Below, piece after piece: positions 23,257 through 30,946 of a stretch of DNA of 32,000 bases (its first letter is position 1; every line of letters starts with the position of its first letter). Both the position numbers and the translations under genes were made by a program. Below the pieces are notes generated by a model. The model was not told where the DNA came from. It ran no database searches and saw only the letters and a list, made by a program, of their open reading frames with translations. The DNA lies in assembly GCF_001457595.1 (NCBI RefSeq), contig NZ_LN831039.1, positions 1,290,001 to 1,322,000 of the forward strand, in the 5' to 3' direction. Origin of the DNA: Mycolicibacterium smegmatis (lineage in GTDB: Bacteria > Actinomycetota > Actinomycetes > Mycobacteriales > Mycobacteriaceae).

Positions 23257-24017
23257 GTCTTCCGGAACCAGCCGCTTGGCGTAGTGGGCGAACACTGCTT
23301 GTAGTGGCTTTAGCCGGCGCAATAGCAGTCGCGGCGGTATACATCGTTCTGGGTGTAGTCGCAGCAACTCGCGGAAACTATCTCACCACGGCGGTGGCCT
23401 TCGGATGGGCAGCCTTCTTAGTGGCATTCTCTGCAGCGGTCCTGCTCGTCGGACTTGGTCGGACGAAATCCCAATTCGCCAGTGATTCAACGGGGCTGAC
23501 GGTGCTGCCAGATCCAAGGTTCGGCGTGCTCATGCTTGTGGGTCTTGTTGTACTGATCCCCAGCTCTGTGGCGTTCGCGGTGTGCGCACCGTTCGGCGCC
23601 ATCGAGTTCGCTGACTCCAGGGGATTGCAAACGATAGGGGCTGGTTTTGCCGCCATCGTCGCGTTCGTCGCAGTTCTAGGACTGATCACATCCTGGCGGC
23701 GAGGAGGAGTCGGGCACGTCAAATTGACTCCCGCCATGATCGAGACGGTCGACATCCTCACGAAGCGGGTGTGCGAGTGGGACGACGTCATCGACGTCGT
23801 TGATCACGCTGAATCACGAAAAACACGGCGCGCGGTGGTTCTTCGACTGCGCGACGGCAGCGAAGAGGTCATCGATATCGCCGACATCTACCTGCCCCGG
23901 GGCGCGGCCCTTTACTGGCTGGTGCGGCACTATTGGCGGCATCCGGAGGACCGCATGGAGCTAGTAGATTCGCGTGCTCCGGGGCGGCTGCACGACGGTC
24001 GATTCGACATGGGCTGA
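23244..24017 (+). CDS. Four-TM membrane protein with a soluble C-terminal domain (candidate cognate immunity protein)
   Basis: 257 aa. ATG 23244 is preceded by GGAGAGG and overlaps the upstream gene by 13 nt. Four hydrophobic helices are evident: LLVVALAGAIAVAAVYIVLGVV, AVAFGWAAFLVAFSAAVLLVGL, FGVLMLVGLVVLIPSSVAFAVCA, GAGFAAIVAFVAVLGLITSW. A ~100-aa charged tail follows. Confidence 0.65.
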   Translation: MSVLSLPEPAAWRSGRTLLVVALAGAIAVAAVYIVLGVVAATRGNYLTTAVAFGWAAFLVAFSAAVLLVGLGRTKSQFASDSTGLTVLPDPRFGVLMLVGLVVLIPSSVAFAVCAPFGAIEFADSRGLQTIGAGFAAIVAFVAVLGLITSWRRGGVGHVKLTPAMIETVDILTKRVCEWDDVIDVVDHAESRKTRRAVVLRLRDGSEEVIDIADIYLPRGAALYWLVRHYWRHPEDRMELVDSRAPGRLHDGRFDMG

Positions 24018-24082
24018 CGAAGCACAAATGCCTCCGGGCGAAATAGGTTCTGTAACCCGGTTGCCGGGGGCAAACAACCTCA

Positions 24083-25372
24083 CTACGTCAGCGGCGGCAG
24101 CGGGTAGATGATCTGCGCCTGCGCCGAATCCGGCGGTGCGATGGCCTTGACCTGCCCGCCCTGGATCTGCACCAGCATCGGGTCGAGCGCGGTGTTGTTG
24201 TGGAAGTGATCGCCCTCGGTCGCGAACTTGATGGGCCCGTAGAAGGTCTCCATGTCGGTCTGCGCGATCAGGTCGTTGAGCTTGCCGCGCGCGTCCTCCG
24301 ACAACGACGGCGATTCACCGAGTTTTTCGACGGCGGCCTGCAGCACGCGACCGGCGGCGCTGCAGCCCGCGGCGGTGTAGTCCGGCGGCGAACCGTACTT
24401 GTCCTCGAACGCCTTGGCGTAGTCGGCGGCCGAGCCGAACAGGTCGTCGCTGAACGCGGCATTGGGCAGCCACACCGAGATGCCCATCACGCCGTCGGCC
24501 TGGCGGCCCAGCGCCTGCGAGAACGACGCGTCGGTGATGCCGTAGTGCTCGATGATCGCCTTCGGGGTGTATCCCGTCGCGCCCATGGCGCGCACGAAGT
24601 CGACCAGCAGCACATCGTGCCCGCCGACCGCGACGATGTCGGGCCGCTGCGCTGCGACCACCTGCGCCACCGGCGCCAGATCGGCGTTCGGCGGGAACAG
24701 CGAGTAGTGCACCACGTTGAGGTTCGCGGCCTCCGCACCCGCGCGGAAACCCTCGGCGGTGTTGTCGGAGAACGGCTCGTTGGCGCCGACGACGGCCGCG
24801 GTCACCGGCTTGGGGTTGGCGGTGTCGACGATGGACTGCATCGCGCGCGCGGCGGTGGTGTCGACGGCGGGGATGACGCCGTAGGTGAAGGCGGGCTGGT
24901 TCTTCCACACGTTGGGCGATTCGGCCGAGCCCGCGATACACGGGATGCGGTACTTGGCGCAGATCGGGTCCATCGCGAGCTGCACGCCGCTGGTGTAGGC
25001 GCCGAACATGGCGTTGACGCCTTCCTCGGTCGCCAGACGCGACGCCGCGTCGGCGCCGGTGCCGGGATCGCTCTTGCAGTCCTGCACGATCAGCTCGACG
25101 TTGTACTTCTGGTCACCGATCTGCAAGCCGCCCTTGCTGTTCACGGTGTCGGCCCACAGCTGGTAGCCGCGCTGCGCGATCTGACCGCCGGTCGCGGATT
25201 CACCGGAGAGTTCCAGCACGGCGCCCACCTTGAACGTGTCGCTGGCCCCGCCTCCGCCACCGCCGCCGGTGTCGCCGCCGCACGCGGCGAGCAGGCTCGG
25301 GGCGGCCACCACACCGCCGGCGAGCAGGCCGGCTCGGGCGAGGAACACTCGGCGGGGTATGTAGTTGGACAT
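24083..25372 (-). CDS. ABC transporter substrate-binding lipoprotein, branched-chain amino acid (LivJ/K, PBP type 1) family
   Basis: Track ORF 24083..25414 trimmed. ATG 25372 (MSNYIPRRVFLARAGLLAGGVVAAPSLLAACGGD...) has GGAGAGGA 7 nt upstream; the alternative is ATG 25378. It has a twin-Arg-like signal plus a lipobox. The body is Leu/Ile/Val-binding-protein-like. Confidence 0.9.
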   Translation of the reverse strand: MSNYIPRRVFLARAGLLAGGVVAAPSLLAACGGDTGGGGGGGASDTFKVGAVLELSGESATGGQIAQRGYQLWADTVNSKGGLQIGDQKYNVELIVQDCKSDPGTGADAASRLATEEGVNAMFGAYTSGVQLAMDPICAKYRIPCIAGSAESPNVWKNQPAFTYGVIPAVDTTAARAMQSIVDTANPKPVTAAVVGANEPFSDNTAEGFRAGAEAANLNVVHYSLFPPNADLAPVAQVVAAQRPDIVAVGGHDVLLVDFVRAMGATGYTPKAIIEHYGITDASFSQALGRQADGVMGISVWLPNAAFSDDLFGSAADYAKAFEDKYGSPPDYTAAGCSAAGRVLQAAVEKLGESPSLSEDARGKLNDLIAQTDMETFYGPIKFATEGDHFHNNTALDPMLVQIQGGQVKAIAPPDSAQAQIIYPLPPLT

Positions 25373-25410
25373 GATCATTCCTCTCCGGTTGCGGTGCAGG
25401 TGAAGGCCGT

Positions 25411-26124
25411 TCAACGGCCTCCCAGATAGAGGTGCATGAGTTCACGGTCGTCGGCGACGTCGGCGGGGGTGCCGTCGAACCGATTGCGCCCGCCCACAAG
25501 GACATACATGCGGTCGGCCACGCGCATGGCCTCGCGGATGTTCTGCTCGATCATCAGCACGCCGACGCCGCGCTGGGCGAGTTCGGCCGCGCGCACCAGC
25601 ACGTCGCCGACGAGTTTGGGGGACAGGCCCGCCGACGGTTCGTCGAACAGCAAAAAGCGTGGGTTGAGCACCAGCGCACGCGCGATCGACAGGATCATCT
25701 GTTCACCGCCCGAGAGCTGACCGGCCGCGACGGTGTAACGCTCACGCAGGCGCGGGAACTCGTCGAGCAGCGTGTCGATGCGCTGGTCCAGTTCCTTCTT
25801 GTCGCGCAGCGTGTAGCCGCCGATGCGCAGGTTCTCCCGCACCGACAAATGCGGGAACACCCCGCCGCCCTGCGGCATCATCGCCACGCCGCGGCCCAGC
25901 GTCTTGTGCGACGGCAGATGCGTGATGTCCTCGTCGTCGATCTGCACCGTCCCCGCCCACGGGTCGATCATCCCGACGATCGCCTTGAGCAGCGTGCTCT
26001 TGCCGCAGCCGTTGGGCCCGAAGATGCACGTGACCTCACCGGTGCGGGCCGTCATCGACACCTCGTGCAGGATCTGCACGCTGCCGTAGCCCGCGTCGAG
26101 GTTCTCGACGGTGATCTCACTCAT
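25411..26124 (-). CDS. livF: Branched-chain amino acid ABC transporter ATP-binding protein (LivF-like)
   Basis: Track ORF 25411..26181 trimmed to ATG 26124 (MSEITVENLDAGYG...). Walker A is GPNGCGKST, the signature is LSGGEQ, and Walker B is LLFDEPS. Confidence 0.9.
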   Translation of the reverse strand: MSEITVENLDAGYGSVQILHEVSMTARTGEVTCIFGPNGCGKSTLLKAIVGMIDPWAGTVQIDDEDITHLPSHKTLGRGVAMMPQGGGVFPHLSVRENLRIGGYTLRDKKELDQRIDTLLDEFPRLRERYTVAAGQLSGGEQMILSIARALVLNPRFLLFDEPSAGLSPKLVGDVLVRAAELAQRGVGVLMIEQNIREAMRVADRMYVLVGGRNRFDGTPADVADDRELMHLYLGGR

Positions 26125-26833
26125 TGGTGGGCACCCCCAGGTACGCCTCCATGACGTGCGGGTCGTGCGAGATCTCGTCAAAGGTGCCCTGCGCCACGAT
26201 CTTTCCGGCGTCCATCACGATGATGCGGTCACAGATGTCCTGCGCGAGTTCCATGTCGTGCTCGATGATCAGGAACGTCGTGCCCGCGTCGCGCAGCGTG
26301 CGGATGGCGTCGAGCATGATCTGGCGCAGCCGCGGGTGCACACCCGCGGCGACCTCGTCGAGCAGCGCGACCTTCGGTTTCTGCATCAGCACGCGGCCCA
26401 TCTCGACCAGCCGCTGCTGCCCGCCCGAGAGCGTGTTGGCCAGGTCGTCGGCGACCCGGGTGAGCTCGAGTTGTTCCAGCACGGCGTCGGCGTCGGCGCG
26501 CGCGTTGTCCCAGCCGAACTGCACCGCGGCGGTCCAGAGGTTCTCGCGCACCGTCATGTTGGTGAACAGCGCCGGGATCTGGAACGTGCGGCCCAGGCCC
26601 GCGCGGGCGATCTTGTACGGCGCGAGCCGGGTGGTGTTGCGGCCGAACAGTTCGATGCTGCCGCCGTCGGGTTTGATGGCCCCGGTGAGCAGGTTGAACA
26701 GCGTGCTCTTGCCGCTGCCGTTGGGGCCGATGATGCCGACGATCTCGGCCTTCTCGACGTCGAACGACACGTCGTTGACCGCGTGGATACCGCCGAAGGA
26801 GCGGGACAGGTTGGCGACTTTCAGAACACTCAT
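26117..26833 (-). CDS. livG: Branched-chain amino acid ABC transporter ATP-binding protein (LivG-like)
   Basis: Real part of track ORF 26117..27763, starting at ATG 26833 (MSVLKVANLSRSFGG...). Walker A is GPNGSGKST, the signature is LSGGQQR, and Walker B is ALLDEVAAG. It overlaps livF by 8 nt and livM as ATGA. Confidence 0.9.
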   Translation of the reverse strand: MSVLKVANLSRSFGGIHAVNDVSFDVEKAEIVGIIGPNGSGKSTLFNLLTGAIKPDGGSIELFGRNTTRLAPYKIARAGLGRTFQIPALFTNMTVRENLWTAAVQFGWDNARADADAVLEQLELTRVADDLANTLSGGQQRLVEMGRVLMQKPKVALLDEVAAGVHPRLRQIMLDAIRTLRDAGTTFLIIEHDMELAQDICDRIIVMDAGKIVAQGTFDEISHDPHVMEAYLGVPTNE

Positions 26834-27837
26834 CGCGGGGCCTCCGTCTTCACGAGGTCGTGGCGGGCCCGCCCGAGATACTGGCGTATCAGGCGCATTC
26901 GGCGCGCACGGCGGCCCAGACTCACCAGGCCGTCGGGCAGGAACAGCACGATCAGCATCACGATGGCGCCGACGATGATGATGTACGCGGTGGTCTCGCC
27001 GTAGCTGACCCGGAGTTGTTCCTGCAGCAGGAACATCGCGGCCGCGCCGAGTGCGGGGCCCCACGCGTGGCCCAGGCCGCCGACCAGCACCATGACGACC
27101 AGCTGGTCGGTGATCAGGGTGTTCAGCACGCTCTGCGGGTTGATGAAGGTGATCCAGTAGGCGTTGATGCCACCGAGCACGGCCGGGATGACCGCGCTGA
27201 GCATGAACGCCTGGATCTTGACCAGGTTGGTGTTGATGCCCTGGGCGCGTGCGGCGATCTCGTTGTCGCGCACGGCTTTGACCTTGAAGCCGAACTTCGA
27301 GCGTTCCAGCAGCAGGTAGCACACCGCGTAGGCGATGGCCGAGGCGCCGAGCATGGTGTAGAAGAAGAAGTTGTCGTCGGCGCGGATCGGGGTGCTCAGA
27401 CCGCCCGAGCCGCCGGTGAATTCGACCACCGTGGTGAGTTCGCGCACGGCCTCCGCGAGTGCCCACGTGGCGATCGCGAAGTACGCGCCTTTGAGGCGCA
27501 GCGCGGGCCAGCCAACCAGGGCCGCGACGGCGCCGGCGACGACGGCCGCGACGGGCAGCGTGGCCCAGAAGTCCCAGTCGTGCTGGGGCTGCATGAGGAT
27601 CGCGGTGGTGTAGGCGCCGATGCCGAAGAACGCGACGTGACCGAAGCTGATGTAACCGGCGTAGCCGCAGATGACGTTCCAGGACAGCGCGATCCCGGCC
27701 CACAGCGCGACGCCGGTCGCGACGCGTACGTAGTACGGCGACGTCATCAGCGGCAGCAGGCACATGACGGCGACGACGACGACGAGCACGCCGAGATTCA
27801 GGTAGGGGTTACCGCCCGAGGCGGGGCGCTTGCTCAT
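26830..27837 (-). CDS. livM: Branched-chain amino acid ABC transporter permease (LivM-like)
   Basis: Real part of track ORF 26830..28848, starting at ATG 27837 (MSKRPASGGNPYLNLGVLVVVVAV...). Polytopic, with YAGYISFGHVAFFGIGAY, typical of LivM permeases. ATGA overlap with livH. Confidence 0.9.
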   Translation of the reverse strand: MSKRPASGGNPYLNLGVLVVVVAVMCLLPLMTSPYYVRVATGVALWAGIALSWNVICGYAGYISFGHVAFFGIGAYTTAILMQPQHDWDFWATLPVAAVVAGAVAALVGWPALRLKGAYFAIATWALAEAVRELTTVVEFTGGSGGLSTPIRADDNFFFYTMLGASAIAYAVCYLLLERSKFGFKVKAVRDNEIAARAQGINTNLVKIQAFMLSAVIPAVLGGINAYWITFINPQSVLNTLITDQLVVMVLVGGLGHAWGPALGAAAMFLLQEQLRVSYGETTAYIIIVGAIVMLIVLFLPDGLVSLGRRARRMRLIRQYLGRARHDLVKTEAPR

Positions 27838-28709
27838 GCGATGCCTCGCCGGGAGATGCCCTGCGGGAACAGCAGCAGCGCCACGAACAGCACCGCGAAC
27901 ACCACCAGCAGCGTGTAGTTGGCGCCGACATACGTCGTGACCAGGGACTGCAGGATGCCCAGGAACAGGCCCGCGACCATCACCCCGACCACCGAGCCCA
28001 GGCCGGCGAGCACCACGACGAAGAACGCGAACAGCGTGTAGCGCAGCCCGACTTCGGGTGTCATGGCGTAGATCGCGCCGAGCAGTGCGCCTGCCATGGC
28101 GGTGAGGCCCGTGTAGATCGCGTAGACCAGGCTGCTGATGCGTTTGACGTCGATGCCCATCAGGCCCGCGTTCTCCTTGCTCTGCGCGGTGGCGCGGATC
28201 GCCAGGCCCGTGCGGGTGTAGAAGAGGAACGCCAGGAACAGGGCCGTCGCGATCACCGCGAATGCGAACCCGGCCACCCGGATCATGGGTGCGGTGATGC
28301 CGAATATCGAGATGTTGCCGGTGAACAGGCTGGTGGGCACGGTGCGCGGGTTGTAGCCGAACACCGTGAGCAGGCCGCCGCGGATCAGCGTCGCCAGGCC
28401 GAACGTGAACGCCAGGCCCATCAGTGCGGGTAGCGCGTACTTGCTCATCCGCACCCGGTAGATCAGCGGCGCGATGATCCACCCCACGATCCCGAACACC
28501 ACGAAGACCGCCGGCAGCAGGGCGAACGCGTCGATGCCGATGGCCTCGCTCACCACGATCGCGGCGAACGCGCCGATCACCACCCACATCCCGACGGCGA
28601 GGTCGACGACGTCGAGGACACCGAATGACAGTGAGAACCCGATGCTGATGGCGACGTACAGCCCACCGATGAGGATTCCGCCGACAAGCGCTTGCACGAG
28701 TCCGGTCAT
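27834..28709 (-). CDS. livH: Branched-chain amino acid ABC transporter permease (LivH-like)
   Basis: 291 aa, beginning MTGLVQALVGGILIGGLYVAISIGFSLSFGVLDVVDLAVG... Polytopic. First gene of the five-gene minus-strand operon. Confidence 0.9.
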   Translation of the reverse strand: MTGLVQALVGGILIGGLYVAISIGFSLSFGVLDVVDLAVGMWVVIGAFAAIVVSEAIGIDAFALLPAVFVVFGIVGWIIAPLIYRVRMSKYALPALMGLAFTFGLATLIRGGLLTVFGYNPRTVPTSLFTGNISIFGITAPMIRVAGFAFAVIATALFLAFLFYTRTGLAIRATAQSKENAGLMGIDVKRISSLVYAIYTGLTAMAGALLGAIYAMTPEVGLRYTLFAFFVVVLAGLGSVVGVMVAGLFLGILQSLVTTYVGANYTLLVVFAVLFVALLLFPQGISRRGIA

Positions 28710-28889
28710 AGGGTCCTTTCGACTGGGCGGAGGTCAGGACCCTTCGGAGCGTATCCACGGCAGGCGAATGCCGCGATCGGAACGACAGAAATTGCTGGGA
28801 GCGGGAAATTTTCGCTCGTATGAGCACCGATTGGCTTTTGATCTGCAACTCGTTGGCGCTGTTCCCACTCTCACTATAAGGGCGCAGGT

Positions 28890-28908
28890 GGGGCTTGCGG
28901 CAAGGCCC
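28890..28908. promoter_or_regulatory. RAE-like (rifamycin-associated element) 19-bp inverted repeat upstream of arr
   Basis: GGGGCTTGC-G-GCAAGGCCC, with arms matching 8 of 9 positions, lies 50 nt upstream of the arr start. From memory, a conserved inverted repeat of this type precedes actinobacterial rifamycin-resistance genes (arr, rph, rox, helR). Confidence 0.55.
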
Positions 28909-28957
28909 GGTGCCTGGTGCACAATCGGCGGTCCGATCACACGGAACAGGGGGAATA

Positions 28958-29389
28958 GTGGTGGCGAATCCGCCGAAACCGTTCGAAGTGCACGAGTCCG
29001 GGGCCTATCTGCACGGCACCAAGGCCGACCTCAAGGTGGGGGACCGACTGGTGCCCGGCCGCGAGTCCAACTTCGAGGCCGGGCGCATCATGAAGCACGT
29101 CTACATCACCCAGACGCTGGACGCCGCGGTGTGGGGCGCCGAGCTTGCTGTCGGTGAGGGTCGCGGGCGGATTTACATCGTCGAACCCGAGGGCGAGATC
29201 GAAGACGACCCGAACGTCACCGACAAGAAGCTCCCCGGCAACCCGACCCGCTCCTACCGCACCCGTGAGCCCGTGCGGATCGTCGGGGAGCTCACCGACT
29301 GGGAGGGGCATTCGCCGGAGCAGATCGCTGCCATGCGGGAGGGGCTCGAGGATCTACGGCGCAAGGGGCTCGCGGTCATCTATGACTAG
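28958..29389 (+). CDS. arr: Rifampin ADP-ribosyltransferase
   Basis: Track ORF 28895..29389 trimmed to GTG 28958 (or 28961), after GGGGGA. VVANPPKPFEVHESGAYLHGTKADLKVGDRLVPGRESNFEAGRIMKHVYITQTLDAAVWGAELA...GLAVIYD matches the M. smegmatis Arr sequence as I remember it (H-Y-D core residues; ~143 aa). Confidence 0.92.
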   Translation: MVANPPKPFEVHESGAYLHGTKADLKVGDRLVPGRESNFEAGRIMKHVYITQTLDAAVWGAELAVGEGRGRIYIVEPEGEIEDDPNVTDKKLPGNPTRSYRTREPVRIVGELTDWEGHSPEQIAAMREGLEDLRRKGLAVIYD

Positions 29390-29688
29390 GTGGGGTCTGC
29401 GGCGCTGTTCGGCGGCTCAGCGACGCGGACTGATGCCGCGAGGATGCCTAGAACCAGGATGAGTGGAACCGAAACGGGCCATGCGATCAGCAACAACATT
29501 GGACCCCACATCGTGAGGTTCACGATGAACAGGCGAACGTACTCGCCTGTTGGCACTGGGCTGGTGTCATTGCTGCCGGCGATCATGCCGACGGACAAGC
29601 CGATCCCCGCCACCGTGCAGACGAACGCGGTTGCCGCTGCCGTGCAGGCGAGCACGCGGCGTGAGCTGGGCTTGGCGAATCTGATCAT
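29386..29688 (-). CDS. Small two-TM membrane protein, hypothetical
   Basis: 100 aa, MIRFAKPSSRRVLACTAAATAFVCTVAGIGLSVGMIAG...MWGPMLLLIAWPVSVPLILVLGILAAS... Its ATG overlaps the upstream stop as ATGA. The region has lower GC. Confidence 0.5.
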   Translation of the reverse strand: MIRFAKPSSRRVLACTAAATAFVCTVAGIGLSVGMIAGSNDTSPVPTGEYVRLFIVNLTMWGPMLLLIAWPVSVPLILVLGILAASVRVAEPPNSAADPT

Positions 29689-30134
29689 CTGCGATTTTTC
29701 GGTAACAGCGCCCCGCGCGCCTCATCAATATGGGCCAGCAGCAGAGCCTTTCGCCAAGTCCACCACGTTTCTTCGTCGGCGTCGACTGGAGGGGTCTGCG
29801 GATCATCGTCAGAGCGGCTGAGCGCCAACAGGTGGCGCCATCCGTCGGACGAACCGGTGAGGCCGAAGGCGTTAGGAGCGTCGAGGGGAGCGAGCATGAC
29901 GTCGATGCCACCTTCACGTGCTGACCAACAGATCTGCAGTTTGTAGTCGGCGCTTCGATAGTAAACGGCCCACGTCGGCCGGTCTCCGTACACCATCGTG
30001 TTGTCCGCTGCCTCCAACGCGAAGCCGAGACTTGCCAACATTGGCCCCAGGTGTTGGTCGACACTCGTATGGCTCACAGTGACCATTCTTCCTCGCATCG
30101 AAAGTCCGAGGCGACTCGTGCGAAGTCGCGTCAC
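29685..30134 (-). CDS. Hypothetical cytoplasmic protein
   Basis: 149-aa ORF. Start is uncertain: GTG 30134, ATG 30098 or ATG 30086. Contains ...MVTVSHTSVDQHLGPMLASLGFALEAADNTMVYGDRPTWAVYYRSADYKLQICWSAREGGIDVMLAPL... It is translationally coupled to the two-TM ORF. No family recognised. Confidence 0.45.
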   Translation of the reverse strand: MTRLRTSRLGLSMRGRMVTVSHTSVDQHLGPMLASLGFALEAADNTMVYGDRPTWAVYYRSADYKLQICWSAREGGIDVMLAPLDAPNAFGLTGSSDGWRHLLALSRSDDDPQTPPVDADEETWWTWRKALLLAHIDEARGALLPKNRR

Positions 30135-30168
30135 GCTCCGGAGACCGCAGCCGACGAGGACTTGTGTT

Positions 30169-30438
30169 TCACGCAGGCCCTCGCCGATCGAGAGGCCAGG
30201 CTGAAAGGTAGACGCCGATGGCGTTGTCGATCGCCCTGCCGCGTTCGTTGGGTATGTGCTCGGGTCCGTAGTTGTCGCTCAACGCTTCTGAGAGCGCGTC
30301 GATGAGCGCGTCGCTCTGTTCGATGGTGGGCCGCTCACACCTCTGAAGCAGATACAGAAGTTCCGGATTTCTCTGCGCGAGTTCACCTTCGATGACTGCA
30401 CGGGCATCATCTGAGATTGCATCAAGGACACTGCTCAT
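30169..30438 (-). CDS. Small acidic helical hypothetical protein (89 aa)
   Basis: Track ORF 30169..30738 trimmed to ATG 30438, preceded by GGAGGAG. Sequence is MSSVLDAISDDARAVIEGELAQRNPELLYLLQRCERPTIEQSDALIDALSEALSDNYGPEHIPNERGRAIDNAIGVYLSAWPLDRRGPA. Confidence 0.45.
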   Translation of the reverse strand: MSSVLDAISDDARAVIEGELAQRNPELLYLLQRCERPTIEQSDALIDALSEALSDNYGPEHIPNERGRAIDNAIGVYLSAWPLDRRGPA

Positions 30439-30598
30439 GGTCTCCTCCATCCACCTCGGCGGGACGGGACTGGTGTATCGCGGCAGGCGTTCATGGCGGG
30501 CGACAATGCAAAACCGCCACCACGTACACGAACGCGATTGCCGCTGCCGTGTGGGCGAGTATGCGACGCATCTCGTTCTGGATCTGATCATCGGCAAC

Positions 30599-30946
30599 CT
30601 ACGCCGGATCGGCATAGCGGCGTGGCTCGTTCGAGACCGCAGGCCGCTCGACGGGCGGTGCAATCGTGTGTTCGACCTTCGGTGCCTGATACCGATACTC
30701 ATTCGGGATCTCCTCCACACGTGCCGGCAGTCCGTCATGCTCGTGCCCAGCCCACTGGATGGTATGAGGATCGAGAGGCTGCTCTGGAGGAAGTCCCGGC
30801 CAATCCTCCTCGAGGTCGAGCAAGTAGTAGTACCGGACGGCTTCGTCCAGGTCTTGCCACGGTCCCGGGTTGATGATCGATTGCGTCGTATCGCGGACGA
30901 GGCCCCATGGGGTGGGTGATGAAGACGCCGTGTACACCAGGTACAT
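30599..30946 (-). CDS. Hypothetical protein
   Basis: Track ORF 30599..30973; ATG 30946 gives MYLVYTASSSPTPWGLVRDTTQSIINPGPWQDLDEAVRYYYLLDLEEDWPGLPPEQPL... Lower-GC region. No family recognised and the SD is weak. Confidence 0.35.
   Translation of the reverse strand: MYLVYTASSSPTPWGLVRDTTQSIINPGPWQDLDEAVRYYYLLDLEEDWPGLPPEQPLDPHTIQWAGHEHDGLPARVEEIPNEYRYQAPKVEHTIAPPVERPAVSNEPRRYADPA

Noticed and set aside
25240-25262. Run of Gly codons (GGGGGGG in the protein) that looks like a simple repeat
   Set aside because: It is the flexible linker after the lipobox Cys of the solute-binding lipoprotein. It is in frame and uses mixed Gly codons, so it is not a DNA repeat element.
24200-25429. 409-aa + strand ORF opposite the solute-binding protein gene, and + ORFs 25432..26154, 26111..27004 and 26860..27918 opposite the liv genes
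   Set aside because: They are antisense shadows of a well-supported minus-strand ABC transporter operon.
26117-28848. Very long versions of the livG (548 aa) and livM (672 aa) ORFs in the track
   Set aside because: The N-terminal halves are Arg/Pro-rich read-through across the upstream permease genes in another frame. The true starts are the internal ATGs at 26833 and 27837, each overlapping the previous stop as ATGA and giving proteins of normal length.
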